DNA of 64,000 nucleotides from a virus (Duplodnaviria > Caudoviricetes), in the IMG/VR virus record IMGVR_UViG_3300036660_000031, positions 9,148-73,147 of that record, one strand, 5' to 3'. The notes under the pieces are model-generated. The model made no database searches. It was not told the DNA's origin and saw nothing but the letters and a program-made list of their open reading frames with translations. The position numbers and the translations under genes were made by a program. Positions 37,292 through 46,997 of the stretch are shown one piece after another; positions within the stretch are counted from its first letter, which is position 1, and each line of letters begins with the position of its first letter.

Positions 37292-38542
37292 TTATAGACC
37301 GTTATTGTTTTTAACGGAAGATAGCACCTGCGAAATATTAGCAGCATTAAACGAGCCGGGAGTGTCAATACCTTCGTCCACAGCTTTGTGTGAAATCCAA
37401 GCATCAGTAAAGAGCTTGGCAGCATTGATCTCTGAACTACGTTGGTAGCTACTAATTTGTTGACTGTATAGTTGTTTTTGTTTACCAAGTGAACCAGAAA
37501 CAAACTGACCATCTTCACGTATATCAAGAGTTTGTGCACGTTGAACTTCTTTTTGTTCATCAAGCAACCTGAGTTGTGCAGGCATCATTTGATTCAAACT
37601 ATAGACACCAGTATCCAGTTGGTTCTGGGTGATCAAAAGCTGTCGTGGCAATATATTGGTAAGCGTGTACTGAGCAGTATTGTTCTGTATAGTCATCTGC
37701 TCACTTTGCTTAGGCAGAATCGTATTCAGATTAAACAGACCAGTATTCAATTGGTTCTGTGTAAGTTCCATCTGTTTAGGCAGAATGTTGGTCAAGCTGT
37801 ATTGAGCAGTCGCATTCTCAATTGTTTTACCAGCAACATTAGCAGGCAGTACCACAGTACGGTTATACAGTTCAGTATCCAGTTGACTCTGATTCAATTC
37901 GACTTGCTTAGGCAAGACAGTACCAAGATTGAACAAAGCAGTGTCATTCTGAATAGTCAGTTGAGCACTCTGCTTAGGCAAAATGTTAATCAGATTAAAG
38001 TCCTGAACTTCTATCTGTTTGAGATTCAAACAATACTGTGCATCTTCATTTGCCATACGCAGTTTGGTTAAAGCAAACTCTGCCTTCTGGTTCTGAGCAC
38101 GAATCTGGGCAATAGCCAGTTCAACACCAGCCAACTTCAGTTGTACCTTGCCTGTAATAGCAGCAATCTGTGAATTTACAGCAGCCCAATAAGCCTGATC
38201 ACGGCCAAGCAAAAACTGAGTAGCATTGCCCATAGCAACCTGAACCAAAGCAATATATGCCTTGGAGTACTCAGCACCTACGATACGACCAGCAGCAAAC
38301 TCTTCTTTTAAGTGTGCTTTCACACTGGTCATTAGATTGTCAAATGCACCGTCACCATTAACCAAACCATTAGTTAGTTCAGCAATGCCAAGCTTGGGGA
38401 TTTGTTGGTACAACGGGTTGTCAATACCACCCGGCAATTCAAATTCTGGTCCCGTTACAGGGAATGTAGGAATGACAAAGTTTTCCCCTGCTGTCACTGT
38501 AGTCAGCAAGGAGTTAGCGAGAATATCTGCACCACAGGACAT
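37292..38542 (-). CDS. structural protein, N4 gp54-like, with 22-aa tandem repeats
   Basis: GDGAFDNLM, HLKEEFAAGRIVGAEYSKAYI, GSLGKQKQLY; repeat block 37574-37999. Confidence 0.8.
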   Translation of the reverse strand: MSCGADILANSLLTTVTAGENFVIPTFPVTGPEFELPGGIDNPLYQQIPKLGIAELTNGLVNGDGAFDNLMTSVKAHLKEEFAAGRIVGAEYSKAYIALVQVAMGNATQFLLGRDQAYWAAVNSQIAAITGKVQLKLAGVELAIAQIRAQNQKAEFALTKLRMANEDAQYCLNLKQIEVQDFNLINILPKQSAQLTIQNDTALFNLGTVLPKQVELNQSQLDTELYNRTVVLPANVAGKTIENATAQYSLTNILPKQMELTQNQLNTGLFNLNTILPKQSEQMTIQNNTAQYTLTNILPRQLLITQNQLDTGVYSLNQMMPAQLRLLDEQKEVQRAQTLDIREDGQFVSGSLGKQKQLYSQQISSYQRSSEINAAKLFTDAWISHKAVDEGIDTPGSFNAANISQVLSSVKNNNGL

Positions 38543-38562
38543 AAGGAATTCCTTTTCAATTG

Positions 38563-38585
38563 AAAACGGCCCGATCTACGGGCCG
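38563..38585 (-). terminator. rho-independent terminator
   Basis: CGGCCCG/CGGGCCG stem followed by TTTT on the minus strand. Confidence 0.65.
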
Positions 38586-38607
38586 CTTGATGTTACCTCA
38601 AAAGAGC

Positions 38608-39339
38608 TTACTTGTTGCCAGCAGCCGCTTGTGCTGAGGCCAATTGAGTCAACTCTTCAGTAGTCAACGGAGGTAAAACTTCTAGTGAGAACTCACGCGC
38701 CCATGAAGTTTCGATCTTGATCTGACGAGTAATTTTGTCAGTGAAAGTACGGATGTTCTGGAACCGACGAGATTCAAGTTCAGTAAAGATGCAATAAGGT
38801 ACATGGTAACCTTCATCAGAAGCTTCACCGTAAGGGATGTACTTCTTAACAGCACCAAGAAATTCATTGGCAACTGTAAAGACTTCACCGGGAAGGTCTT
38901 TCTTTTTTGGATCAAGGTTCTGAATACGCAAGCGAACCAATTTCATTTGGCTCTGTACCATGTGTTCACGAAGAGAAAGTTTCTTCTTTGGGGGAACTGG
39001 AACAGGGTCAGCAGTTTCCAAAGGGTTCACTGAAGCAAGTGGATTGGGGGCAAACGTCACTTCTTTAGAAGGAGGATTCAATGATTGTTCGTTTGGAGTA
39101 TTGTCCACAGCTTCATCATCGCCATCAACTTCTTCTTCTGGCTCATTGTCAGCAATCAGTTTTTCACCAGATTGAGCAGCATTAACTTTCTCACGCAGTT
39201 TCTCAAGTTTAATGTTGTTAGAAAACTTCAAGCCCATCAGCTTGGCACGTTGTTTAAGCAAAGACAACTCATCATCTTGTACGCTTGAGTCAGCTTCATC
39301 ATTTTGAGTCTCGTTACGAGATTGTTCATTTTCAGTCAT
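38608..39339 (-). CDS. conserved protein, N4 gp55-like
   Basis: LKQRAKLMG, KLVRLRIQNLDPKKKDLPGEVFTVAN. Confidence 0.8.
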   Translation of the reverse strand: MTENEQSRNETQNDEADSSVQDDELSLLKQRAKLMGLKFSNNIKLEKLREKVNAAQSGEKLIADNEPEEEVDGDDEAVDNTPNEQSLNPPSKEVTFAPNPLASVNPLETADPVPVPPKKKLSLREHMVQSQMKLVRLRIQNLDPKKKDLPGEVFTVANEFLGAVKKYIPYGEASDEGYHVPYCIFTELESRRFQNIRTFTDKITRQIKIETSWAREFSLEVLPPLTTEELTQLASAQAAAGNK

Positions 39340-39363
39340 AGTAAATACCTGTATGGGATAGAG

Positions 39364-39396
39364 AAAAAGGAAGAAGGAGACTAGCTCCTTCTTCCT
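39364..39396 (-). terminator. rho-independent terminator after major capsid gene
   Basis: 12-bp AGGAAGAAGGAG/CTCCTTCTTCCT stem followed by TTTT on the minus strand. Confidence 0.8.
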
Positions 39397-39414
39397 ATCT
39401 TAACTCACTGTAGA

Positions 39415-40644
39415 TTAAACAGGAGCAACAGCTTTGATCAGTGCAATCCGCTCTGGGCGGGTAACAAGGATACCGTAGTACCACTTGATTGAACTGAAGC
39501 CAGTTTCACCGTAAGGATCATTACGGTCAGCAGTCTCACGGCCCGGCATTTTGGTCATAACCGTAAACTTGACAGACTTACCATCAGTCTGGAAACCGAT
39601 AGTCGTAAAGGACTGATCACCAACAACCAACATTGGGAACACGTCATAACGCTCTTGTCCACCAACAGTTGAAGTACGGAAACCGGGGTTGCTCGTAGCA
39701 ACTGCACCAGCACCAGCCCAATGGAGCATGTCAGGAACTTGCACGATACGCAAAGGACCAACAGAACCGATCTCACCGTTCAACGCAGTACCTGCATCAG
39801 CGTAATGCTGAATGGCAATAAATGCAGGATTGCCGAACGTGTCCTTGATTTCCATAACAGGAGCAGCAAGTTCAGAACCAATGTATGCAATACGGCCAGC
39901 ACCAATAACTTTGGTGTCGATGTAACGTGAACCAGAAATAACCGTGGTCTGTTTAGGAGTACGGTTGTCATCCAGCATTGCATTCAAGCGAGTGATGTTG
40001 CGGTAGCTGATCACCGAAGCTGGAATTTCAGGAACTGCACCAGCGGCAGGAGTCACTTGACCAGTAATGGTAGCGTTGGAAGTAGCAGCACCGGCATACA
40101 GAACTACACCAGCCGAAGCCAGCAAGTCTTTTTGCAACACATCTTCTGTAACTTTCGTGGCACCAGTCATCAGTTCACGGCTCAGGTGTTCTTTGAGCAT
40201 GTCATCACTGTCAAAGTCCATAGACTCTTGAGTGAATTCATAAAAGAAACCAAACTTGTGCAACGTGCCTTCACGGGCAAGACGAGTGAAACCAATACGA
40301 TTCACACGGCCACCGTTCTCAGTCAGAACAGGAAGCTTGCTTGTGATATAGCCAATGTCCTTAGACGAGCCATACAAATTGCCGTTAGCAATCGTGACAC
40401 CATTTGCATCAATGCCTTGATCATTGACATTACGATCATCAAGAATAGGAACATACTCATAGACCTTAATGGTCTTGCCGTAGTTCTTAGGCATGTTAGT
40501 CACTGAAGCCAGTGGCATGAAGAACTGTTCACGGCGTGCCTCGATAAGAGACTTCCGTAGCCAGTAGAAAGAATTCATTTGATCACTGCTAGCCGAGTCT
40601 ACACTCGACTTTTGACCAGCGATAGGAGCGTTATAGTTCAACAT
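39415..40644 (-). CDS. major capsid protein (N4 gp56-like)
   Basis: [61 protein letters not shown]. Confidence 0.95.
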   Translation of the reverse strand: MLNYNAPIAGQKSSVDSASSDQMNSFYWLRKSLIEARREQFFMPLASVTNMPKNYGKTIKVYEYVPILDDRNVNDQGIDANGVTIANGNLYGSSKDIGYITSKLPVLTENGGRVNRIGFTRLAREGTLHKFGFFYEFTQESMDFDSDDMLKEHLSRELMTGATKVTEDVLQKDLLASAGVVLYAGAATSNATITGQVTPAAGAVPEIPASVISYRNITRLNAMLDDNRTPKQTTVISGSRYIDTKVIGAGRIAYIGSELAAPVMEIKDTFGNPAFIAIQHYADAGTALNGEIGSVGPLRIVQVPDMLHWAGAGAVATSNPGFRTSTVGGQERYDVFPMLVVGDQSFTTIGFQTDGKSVKFTVMTKMPGRETADRNDPYGETGFSSIKWYYGILVTRPERIALIKAVAPV

Positions 40645-40656
40645 TTAAATTAGTCC

Positions 40657-41859
40657 TTATAGGCGGTTTTGCCAATTTTTCAGAAAATCGTCATCACTCA
40701 AGTTTTCAAGCTTGGCGACAGGAACAATACGTTTCGGGGTTAGTCGTGTAGAGGCGGCTGCATTTGCTGCTGCTCCGTTGGTTAAAGACGACTTAGGGGC
40801 AGCTACACGGGTAGCTACTGGCGTTATAACTGGAGAATTAGTTTGCTTAGGCGCATTATGCACAACTTGATTGTTTGTTGCATTTAAATTATTAAATGCA
40901 CCACGAGTATGTAACTCATTACCAATAGCAATATATGAAGTAATGAACGGTGTACCCGCTGGAATCTTTCCCAGAACGGCTTGCCGATTAACTTCAGTCG
41001 TAATAATGTCGTAAACGCCATTCTCACGTTGCTGCTGAATCGTTGCCATTGCCTCTGGAGTCTTCCACAGCTCTTGTTTGCTGGCGTCATCCCAAGATGA
41101 GTTAATCAAAGAGATGGTTTCTTTTCCTGCTGGAGTGGACTGTAAGTCTTCCAACACTGCACGGAAAGCAATCTCTTGATCTGTCACCTTGTGATTACCT
41201 GCTTCATAAGCTGGCTCAACTGACACATCAATATCCAGTGGATCAACACCGGAATCTTTAATAAGCTTCTTGAGAGCTTCAGGATTCTTCTTCTCCAAAT
41301 CAATGTAGAAGGAGAGCTTTGCTTCATCAAGCATCCCATTATTTTCCAACATCGCAAGAATCTTACGATGTGGTGCAATGTCCTGCATCTTGCGAGTGAA
41401 GTTAGCACCCATAGAAGCAAGCTGACGGAGTTCATCCAAACTTTGGATTTCGACCGTCTTACCATTGGCTTTAAGTGGCGCAAGCGCCGCTTTATATTGC
41501 TCTTCATAATTGATAACAACCGGCTTCTCATCAGTAGCAGGTTTGTCGTCAACTAGTTTTTTCTCTTTTGGTTCCTCTTTAACTGGTGGCTTTAAGTCAC
41601 CATCAGACTCAACAGAAGCTTCTTTATCAGTTTCAGGTTTTTCCTCAGAAGGCGGTACTTCTGACCCATCCGTAGCTGGAACCTCTACTACTGTATCCCC
41701 TTCAACTGTCTCTTCCTCAGTAGGAGTTTCAACAACTTCTTCTTGGGTTTCTTGGGTTGGAGTTTCAAGTTCTGTTTCGCCAACAGGAGGCTTAACCTCG
41801 TCAACTACTACAGCCGGAGGGGGAGCATTCAAGAACTCGTCATCAGTAAGTACAGACAT
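40657..41859 (-). CDS. acidic scaffold/tape-measure-like protein, N4 gp57-like
   Basis: Acidic N-half; APLKANGK, MGANFTRKMQ, MLENNG. Confidence 0.8.
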   Translation of the reverse strand: MSVLTDDEFLNAPPPAVVVDEVKPPVGETELETPTQETQEEVVETPTEEETVEGDTVVEVPATDGSEVPPSEEKPETDKEASVESDGDLKPPVKEEPKEKKLVDDKPATDEKPVVINYEEQYKAALAPLKANGKTVEIQSLDELRQLASMGANFTRKMQDIAPHRKILAMLENNGMLDEAKLSFYIDLEKKNPEALKKLIKDSGVDPLDIDVSVEPAYEAGNHKVTDQEIAFRAVLEDLQSTPAGKETISLINSSWDDASKQELWKTPEAMATIQQQRENGVYDIITTEVNRQAVLGKIPAGTPFITSYIAIGNELHTRGAFNNLNATNNQVVHNAPKQTNSPVITPVATRVAAPKSSLTNGAAANAAASTRLTPKRIVPVAKLENLSDDDFLKNWQNRL

Positions 41860-41865
41860 GGTTGT

Positions 41866-42219
41866 TTACCCCACATCCACTATTTGATCAGCTTCAGCAC
41901 GAGCCTCTTCTAACTGGTCATCAAGTTGGCCTATCTGGTCTTCAGCAGCATTGCCCATCTGAATAAGCACAGATAGGTAACGCTTCAAATGGCCCGAAGC
42001 TTGGGCAATAGCCAAAGCATCTTTCTGGTTCTTTTCAGGAATAGCAGGATCAGCAGAGATTTGTGCATAACGAGCGCACTCATGAAGCATAAAGTTTTCA
42101 CTAATCACCTTTCGGAAATCTGAATTTTGAGTGAGTCGCTGCACGGCTGCACGCAACTCAAGGGCTTTTTGAAAACCTACTCGTTGGTTTTCAAGTTGTT
42201 CTACGGTGACTTCAGACAT
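41866..42219 (-). CDS. coiled-coil protein, N4 gp58-like
   Basis: RLTQNSDFRKVI..F, synteny between portal and gp57. Confidence 0.75.
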   Translation of the reverse strand: MSEVTVEQLENQRVGFQKALELRAAVQRLTQNSDFRKVISENFMLHECARYAQISADPAIPEKNQKDALAIAQASGHLKRYLSVLIQMGNAAEDQIGQLDDQLEEARAEADQIVDVG

Positions 42220-42236
42220 GCTGATTGGTCTTTCAG

Positions 42237-44555
42237 TTAAAGGTTAATAGCAGGGTTAAGTGCAGGGTCCAGCCTTGGATCAAACTGACCGGAACCAAGG
42301 GAATACTGAGGGTCTAGTTCAGCGGCTTGATTACGTTCTAATGAACTTTGTGCTGGTGCATCATCAAGTTTATCACTAACTCTGTTGAATCCTATTGCAG
42401 CAGCTAAATCAGGAGCTACTTCACCCTCTTTCTTAGGTGTAGTGAGTGCCTTAGTAACCTGCAAGTCTTGATTACCTTTAGCTTGACCCTTCATCTTCTC
42501 AAGATCACGAGCATGTTTAGTACCAGTCTCTTGTTCAACAAAGTTCAGATCAAGAGAATCTTTGTTAGCACGGGACTCTTCAGCTTTAGCAAGATTGAGT
42601 TGTGCTTCAGAGTTGATCTTAGCAACCTCTGCACGCTTCTTCTCAATATCAAGTTTAATCATCTCTAGCTGTTCAGGAGTAGGTTCAGGCGGTTTGTAGT
42701 TACGAAGCTTATGAGCTAACTCAGGCATACGCTTTAGTTCTGCAATTTCAGCAAGCAGACCCAAGGTAACTTCAGTACCAGCATTAGGCCCAACAGTCTG
42801 GAGAATAAAACCAAGGTCTTTAGACTTGGAATCATCAATCTCAGCAGTGGAAATATCTACTTCAAGATCAAAGTCACCCGGTAAATCTTCACGAAGAATA
42901 TCAGCAAACTCATCATTGGTGACACGAACAACTTCCTTCTCAGACAAGAAGGCAGCATTCATCTTGATAATCTTGTAGCCAACATCAGAGATTGCTTTAG
43001 CCAATCTACGAAGGATTGCCATTTCACGTTTGGACGAAGCATCCAGTACACCACGAATACCGGCAGCTACATCACCATAAGCTTCACCAGAAATACCACC
43101 ACCAAAAGACTTCACACCAGTAAGTGCCTCAGCTTCTTGGTTCTGGAGGTTCAGCATTAACAATGCTGACTGTGGCAACTCTGGGTACTTGTGCTCAATC
43201 AGTCCAGCTTGAGGACTAACTGTAGGATTGAACTCGTAGTCTTGACCATTTTCATACCGACGACGGTTAAGTGGATCAAGCATTCCTTTAGCAAAGCCTT
43301 GCTGACCATTAGCAGACCGACCCAACAGATCAATCATTCCACGGGTAACAGCACCAAGGATTGCTTGGTTGTCTTCTAGCAATTCAGCATCAGGCTCACC
43401 ATACATCTCACGTTTGACCGGGAGATACTTGGCAATAACGAATGGCAGTTTTTTATCTGGGTATGGATTCTCTTCCATACGGATCATGATGTTGCCGATC
43501 CAAGTAGCAACAATACTTGTCAGTATGCCCTTGCCATCAATATCGTAGAAACCCCAATACTCATGGGCCACTACTTTCTTACGTGGGGCATCTTGAAATT
43601 GAAAATCTGTAGGAGTCTTAGTAGCAAATTCAGCATCTGATACTGGAGCACCATTTGTCCAGTTCACTTTGTCCAGATTAGAGTAGCGATCTTTCTCTGC
43701 TTCAAGGTCAGCCTTGCAAGTCTCAAAGGCGACAACAGCAAACTTTGCTTTCTCTACGTCACCACCACAGGACGGATCAAAGATCACATTCTCTGGGTTC
43801 TCAACAGAAACTGTAGGGTGGTTAAAAACAACTTGTTCTACTTCGACTTCCTGCTCACCATTCTGTACAGCAACTAAAGCTTGACCAGTCTCTTCGTAGT
43901 AATTGATTGCTTCCTTGATTAAAGGATCAGCTTTCTCGTCAAACTCACGAGGGTTTATGGCTTTAACTTCCATGCCTTGCTGAAATGCCATGACCTGTTC
44001 TTGACTTTGAAACTCAAAGTACTCATAGACAGGAGCCATTTCCTTAACCATTACAGTCTTACGCTTCCAGCCAACACGGAGAACGCATGTACCTTCATCA
44101 ACAGTTGCACGAACGAAATCATCAATAAGGTTGACCCTATTGAGCTTGGTTCTGAATTGGTAGTTAAGCAGTATTTCGTTTTGCTTGGCAGACTTGGTAT
44201 CTTCAAAAGTATTGGGGCTAACCTTGAACAGTTTACTGGTTCCTAAAAACGGTTCAGTAAGTGCAGAGTAACGCCATTCAGCTTGACGACGAATGAGCTT
44301 AGGTTGCACAGAAGAACGACCTTTAACTTTCGTAGGTCGTGCTTTACCTTTGCAAGCCATCAAATCATTCCATACATTAATCTTCCCAATCTGTGCGCTA
44401 TGAGCACCTTGGGCCTGCTCCATATCATGCTTGAGTTGAGCAATAGACGGTTCTTTTTTCCAATCAGTCAGCTTGGCCGATTGATTGGGATCAAGAGGAT
44501 TGTCACGACTGATAATGTCGTGCTTGGGTGCATGATTAGAAGAGTCGTCGATCAT
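42237..44555 (-). CDS. portal protein (N4 gp59-like)
   Basis: [54 protein letters not shown]. Confidence 0.95.
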   Translation of the reverse strand: MIDDSSNHAPKHDIISRDNPLDPNQSAKLTDWKKEPSIAQLKHDMEQAQGAHSAQIGKINVWNDLMACKGKARPTKVKGRSSVQPKLIRRQAEWRYSALTEPFLGTSKLFKVSPNTFEDTKSAKQNEILLNYQFRTKLNRVNLIDDFVRATVDEGTCVLRVGWKRKTVMVKEMAPVYEYFEFQSQEQVMAFQQGMEVKAINPREFDEKADPLIKEAINYYEETGQALVAVQNGEQEVEVEQVVFNHPTVSVENPENVIFDPSCGGDVEKAKFAVVAFETCKADLEAEKDRYSNLDKVNWTNGAPVSDAEFATKTPTDFQFQDAPRKKVVAHEYWGFYDIDGKGILTSIVATWIGNIMIRMEENPYPDKKLPFVIAKYLPVKREMYGEPDAELLEDNQAILGAVTRGMIDLLGRSANGQQGFAKGMLDPLNRRRYENGQDYEFNPTVSPQAGLIEHKYPELPQSALLMLNLQNQEAEALTGVKSFGGGISGEAYGDVAAGIRGVLDASSKREMAILRRLAKAISDVGYKIIKMNAAFLSEKEVVRVTNDEFADILREDLPGDFDLEVDISTAEIDDSKSKDLGFILQTVGPNAGTEVTLGLLAEIAELKRMPELAHKLRNYKPPEPTPEQLEMIKLDIEKKRAEVAKINSEAQLNLAKAEESRANKDSLDLNFVEQETGTKHARDLEKMKGQAKGNQDLQVTKALTTPKKEGEVAPDLAAAIGFNRVSDKLDDAPAQSSLERNQAAELDPQYSLGSGQFDPRLDPALNPAINL

Positions 44556-45045
44556 TTGTTATTTGCTCGTAGTAAAGCTGTCGTTGTCGTTCGCACTGTC
44601 CAAGAGTTTCCCTGAATTCAAATACCAAGCTTCGGCCTTCTTCAAGAGTTCTGTCGAGTTGGGTTGTGTAGTTGGCAAGACGTTCTCGCTGAGAGGCTGT
44701 ACCTTCGGATTGACGTTTATAAATTGAAGCTCTGGCTTCCGAAGAGCGCAACCTGTTAGTGTACTCAGACTGCATAGCAGCAAGAGCTTTAGCATGGTTG
44801 GCTTTAAGTGTAGTGAATTCATTATCAATCCTTCGACTTTCAGTATTGTGGAACTCTTCTTTTTTCGCAATTGCTAGGTTTAGACTAGCAATTGTTTCAT
44901 CCCTTTTTTTAGCTTCTACATCCCATTTAGCCTGTACTTTAGCAGCACCGTGGTTGGAACCAAGAAGGTAGACTGACCCTACACTTACTATGAAAGTAAG
45001 TACAAGGATAATCAATAGCCAAATATTTCGAGTTAGTGAGAACAT
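44536..45045 (-). CDS. Rz: i-spanin
   Basis: N-terminal TM then coiled coil; position in lysis cassette. Confidence 0.85.
   Translation of the reverse strand: MFSLTRNIWLLIILVLTFIVSVGSVYLLGSNHGAAKVQAKWDVEAKKRDETIASLNLAIAKKEEFHNTESRRIDNEFTTLKANHAKALAAMQSEYTNRLRSSEARASIYKRQSEGTASQRERLANYTTQLDRTLEEGRSLVFEFRETLGQCERQRQLYYEQITNDRRLF
44559..44795 (-). CDS. Rz1: o-spanin lipoprotein embedded in Rz
   Basis: [16 protein letters not shown] lipobox, Pro-rich mature part, different frame fully inside Rz. Confidence 0.8.
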   Translation of the reverse strand: MLKLLLLCSLSTLTGCALRKPELQFINVNPKVQPLSENVLPTTQPNSTELLKKAEAWYLNSGKLLDSANDNDSFTTSK

Positions 45046-45240
45046 TTAAGGCAGTGTGTGAGGGTCAACTATAGTTTGGAATTGAGCCAAAAACACAATT
45101 CCAGCTTCCTGTAGTTTGGTTAATTTACCTCCCGCAATATTACTTGGTTGGTAGACACGACCAGAATATTGTTTGGCAGGGTTAAATGGAATTGGTGGGC
45201 CAACCCACATACCTCCTTGGTAGTTGTCATCAATTGGCAT
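45046..45240 (-). CDS. small hypothetical protein between endolysin and Rz
   Basis: SD AAGGGA; fills the gap exactly; Pro/Gly-rich. Confidence 0.5.
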   Translation of the reverse strand: MPIDDNYQGGMWVGPPIPFNPAKQYSGRVYQPSNIAGGKLTKLQEAGIVFLAQFQTIVDPHTLP

Positions 45241-45249
45241 AACATCCCT

Positions 45250-45819
45250 TTAAGTAAAAGTTTCGTAAGCACTCGCCATTTTCCCATGATAGTTGTTATC
45301 TTCATAGCCTATTCCGTTGTAGCCCAAAGCAAAACCTCTCCAATCTTTTGTACGTATGTCAGAGGCCAGTCCTGCGGACACTACATAACGAACAAACATC
45401 TTGAGATGCTCGCCTTCAGATTTGTAGGCAGCATTGACAAAATCTTGTATGGTACTAAAACCAACAAGGGGGTAGTTAAACCCCATTACTTGAAACATAC
45501 CCCAACTAACAGACATAAGTGCAGCATTGCGATCAAGCAAAATTGCACGAGTTAAACGTTTCTGTTCAGCCTCCCAATTACGCCCATAAAACTTCTTAGT
45601 CCATTTCTTGAAAGAAAGATCAGGTGCTTGAAGATCAAATTTACCATTAGTAAACTTGTGGAACTTATGACCTTCAAACAAAGTAAGAGGTGAACCATCA
45701 GGGTTAAAGCCCCCACGACCACCAGATTCTACTTGAGCTACTGCTTTAATAGCCGCAACTTCACACTTGAGAAAATCCGCTGACCACTGAAAGTCAGATT
45801 CAGTGATATGCGGTTTCAT
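45250..45819 (-). CDS. endolysin, N-acetylmuramidase (DUF3380 family)
   Basis: AIKAVAQVESGG, LFEGHKF, SWGMFQVMGFN, FALGYNG; ATG 45819 overlaps the upstream stop. Confidence 0.92.
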   Translation of the reverse strand: MKPHITESDFQWSADFLKCEVAAIKAVAQVESGGRGGFNPDGSPLTLFEGHKFHKFTNGKFDLQAPDLSFKKWTKKFYGRNWEAEQKRLTRAILLDRNAALMSVSWGMFQVMGFNYPLVGFSTIQDFVNAAYKSEGEHLKMFVRYVVSAGLASDIRTKDWRGFALGYNGIGYEDNNYHGKMASAYETFT

Positions 45820-46085
45820 ACTTTTGCTTCTAACGATTTTGGAGCAACACTTTTTTGACGCCAAGCACGTAAAGGGATGATGATAAGAATCAAAAACAAT
45901 TGCAATTTGGATTTACTTGCATCACTCAGAAAAGGTGTTGCAACATTGAACACTAAGTCAATGTTATCAAGACCAGTTTGAAGCAAATCAGGTAAAGCAG
46001 CAGCAATAATTGCTGCCCAAAAAGTAAAGGTTTTGAGTAAGTTAGGTATGAAGTGTTTGTCATACCATGCTTTAAGTGTGTTCAT
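45816..46085 (-). CDS. putative holin
   Basis: 89 aa, two hydrophobic segments, basic C-terminus, directly upstream of endolysin. Confidence 0.6.
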   Translation of the reverse strand: MNTLKAWYDKHFIPNLLKTFTFWAAIIAAALPDLLQTGLDNIDLVFNVATPFLSDASKSKLQLFLILIIIPLRAWRQKSVAPKSLEAKV

Positions 46086-46555
46086 AAAACTTCTACATCC
46101 ATAGTTAGTAAAACAGGAATCGGATACAGCTTATGTACTGGATTGCATTCATAGTCCAGCACTGTAATTAATACTCCTACGCCCGGTGTTGCAGCAGAAG
46201 GTACTTTGACGCTAAGAATTAAAGAATCAGGAGTCCTTCTATTTTGATCATCCAAAGCTATAGAGTTCATTATCTGAGCGCCTTCTGTTATGTCATAACG
46301 TGAACCAGAACTATCGTAAAACATTCTGGAATAAGTGACAGAACAATGACGATGCATTTCTCTTTTCACAGTTGCACGAAAAATAACTACATCACCTGCT
46401 TTCGTAGGTTTAGATGTGTAGCTAACCATAACAAAAGGTGGACTTCTATCTAGCGACCATACTATCACTTGAGCCAAAGCACCAAAGATCAAAAAGATTC
46501 CTATAAGTATAGTAACAGTAGCTACTCGGTTAATCTTTTGAGTGGGGTTCATCAT
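46082..46555 (-). CDS. single-pass membrane protein with Cys-pair extracytoplasmic beta domain (lysis regulator candidate)
   Basis: N-terminal TM, then beta-rich domain with two Cys; coupled to neighbours. Confidence 0.55.
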   Translation of the reverse strand: MMNPTQKINRVATVTILIGIFLIFGALAQVIVWSLDRSPPFVMVSYTSKPTKAGDVVIFRATVKREMHRHCSVTYSRMFYDSSGSRYDITEGAQIMNSIALDDQNRRTPDSLILSVKVPSAATPGVGVLITVLDYECNPVHKLYPIPVLLTMDVEVL

Positions 46556-46860
46556 TTCGGAGGCCAGCCTTCCATTGGAGGAATACTAATTCCCTCCTGA
46601 TTATGAATAAAAGATTCAAGCACATAAATACGGCGCATAAACAAAGACTTCTCTTCTAAAACCCTAGATAAATCTCTTCGTAGACTTGATATTTCCTCCT
46701 GTAGTCTATTGCTTAGTGCAATCCTTGCCTCGTTTTCACGTAGCTCAGACTCTTTTGCTTTTGCATCAATGTGACTCATAAGCCATTTGGCACCACCACC
46801 AAGAATAGCAAAGAATGAGCCAAGAGCAGCGATGATTAGTGTGAAATCTGTAGGAGACAT
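46552..46860 (-). CDS. TM + coiled-coil protein (holin/antiholin candidate)
   Basis: N-terminal hydrophobic helix then charged coiled coil; first gene of lysis cassette. Confidence 0.55.
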   Translation of the reverse strand: MSPTDFTLIIAALGSFFAILGGGAKWLMSHIDAKAKESELRENEARIALSNRLQEEISSLRRDLSRVLEEKSLFMRRIYVLESFIHNQEGISIPPMEGWPPK

Positions 46861-46939
46861 TCGTGGGTGTCCTGAAGTCTTCTGCCTTTCGGAGACAGTT
46901 AGGGTTAACGTTAATATTTGAATTGTTAAAACGAGCCAA

Positions 46940-46972
46940 AGACTCAGTAACCCTTTTGAAGTTACTGAGTCT
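46940..46972 (-). terminator. 12-bp hairpin after tail fibre gene
   Basis: AGACTCAGTAAC/GTTACTGAGTCT. Confidence 0.6.
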
Positions 46973-46997
46973 AAGCTTTTAACCTAACTAGATCAGA

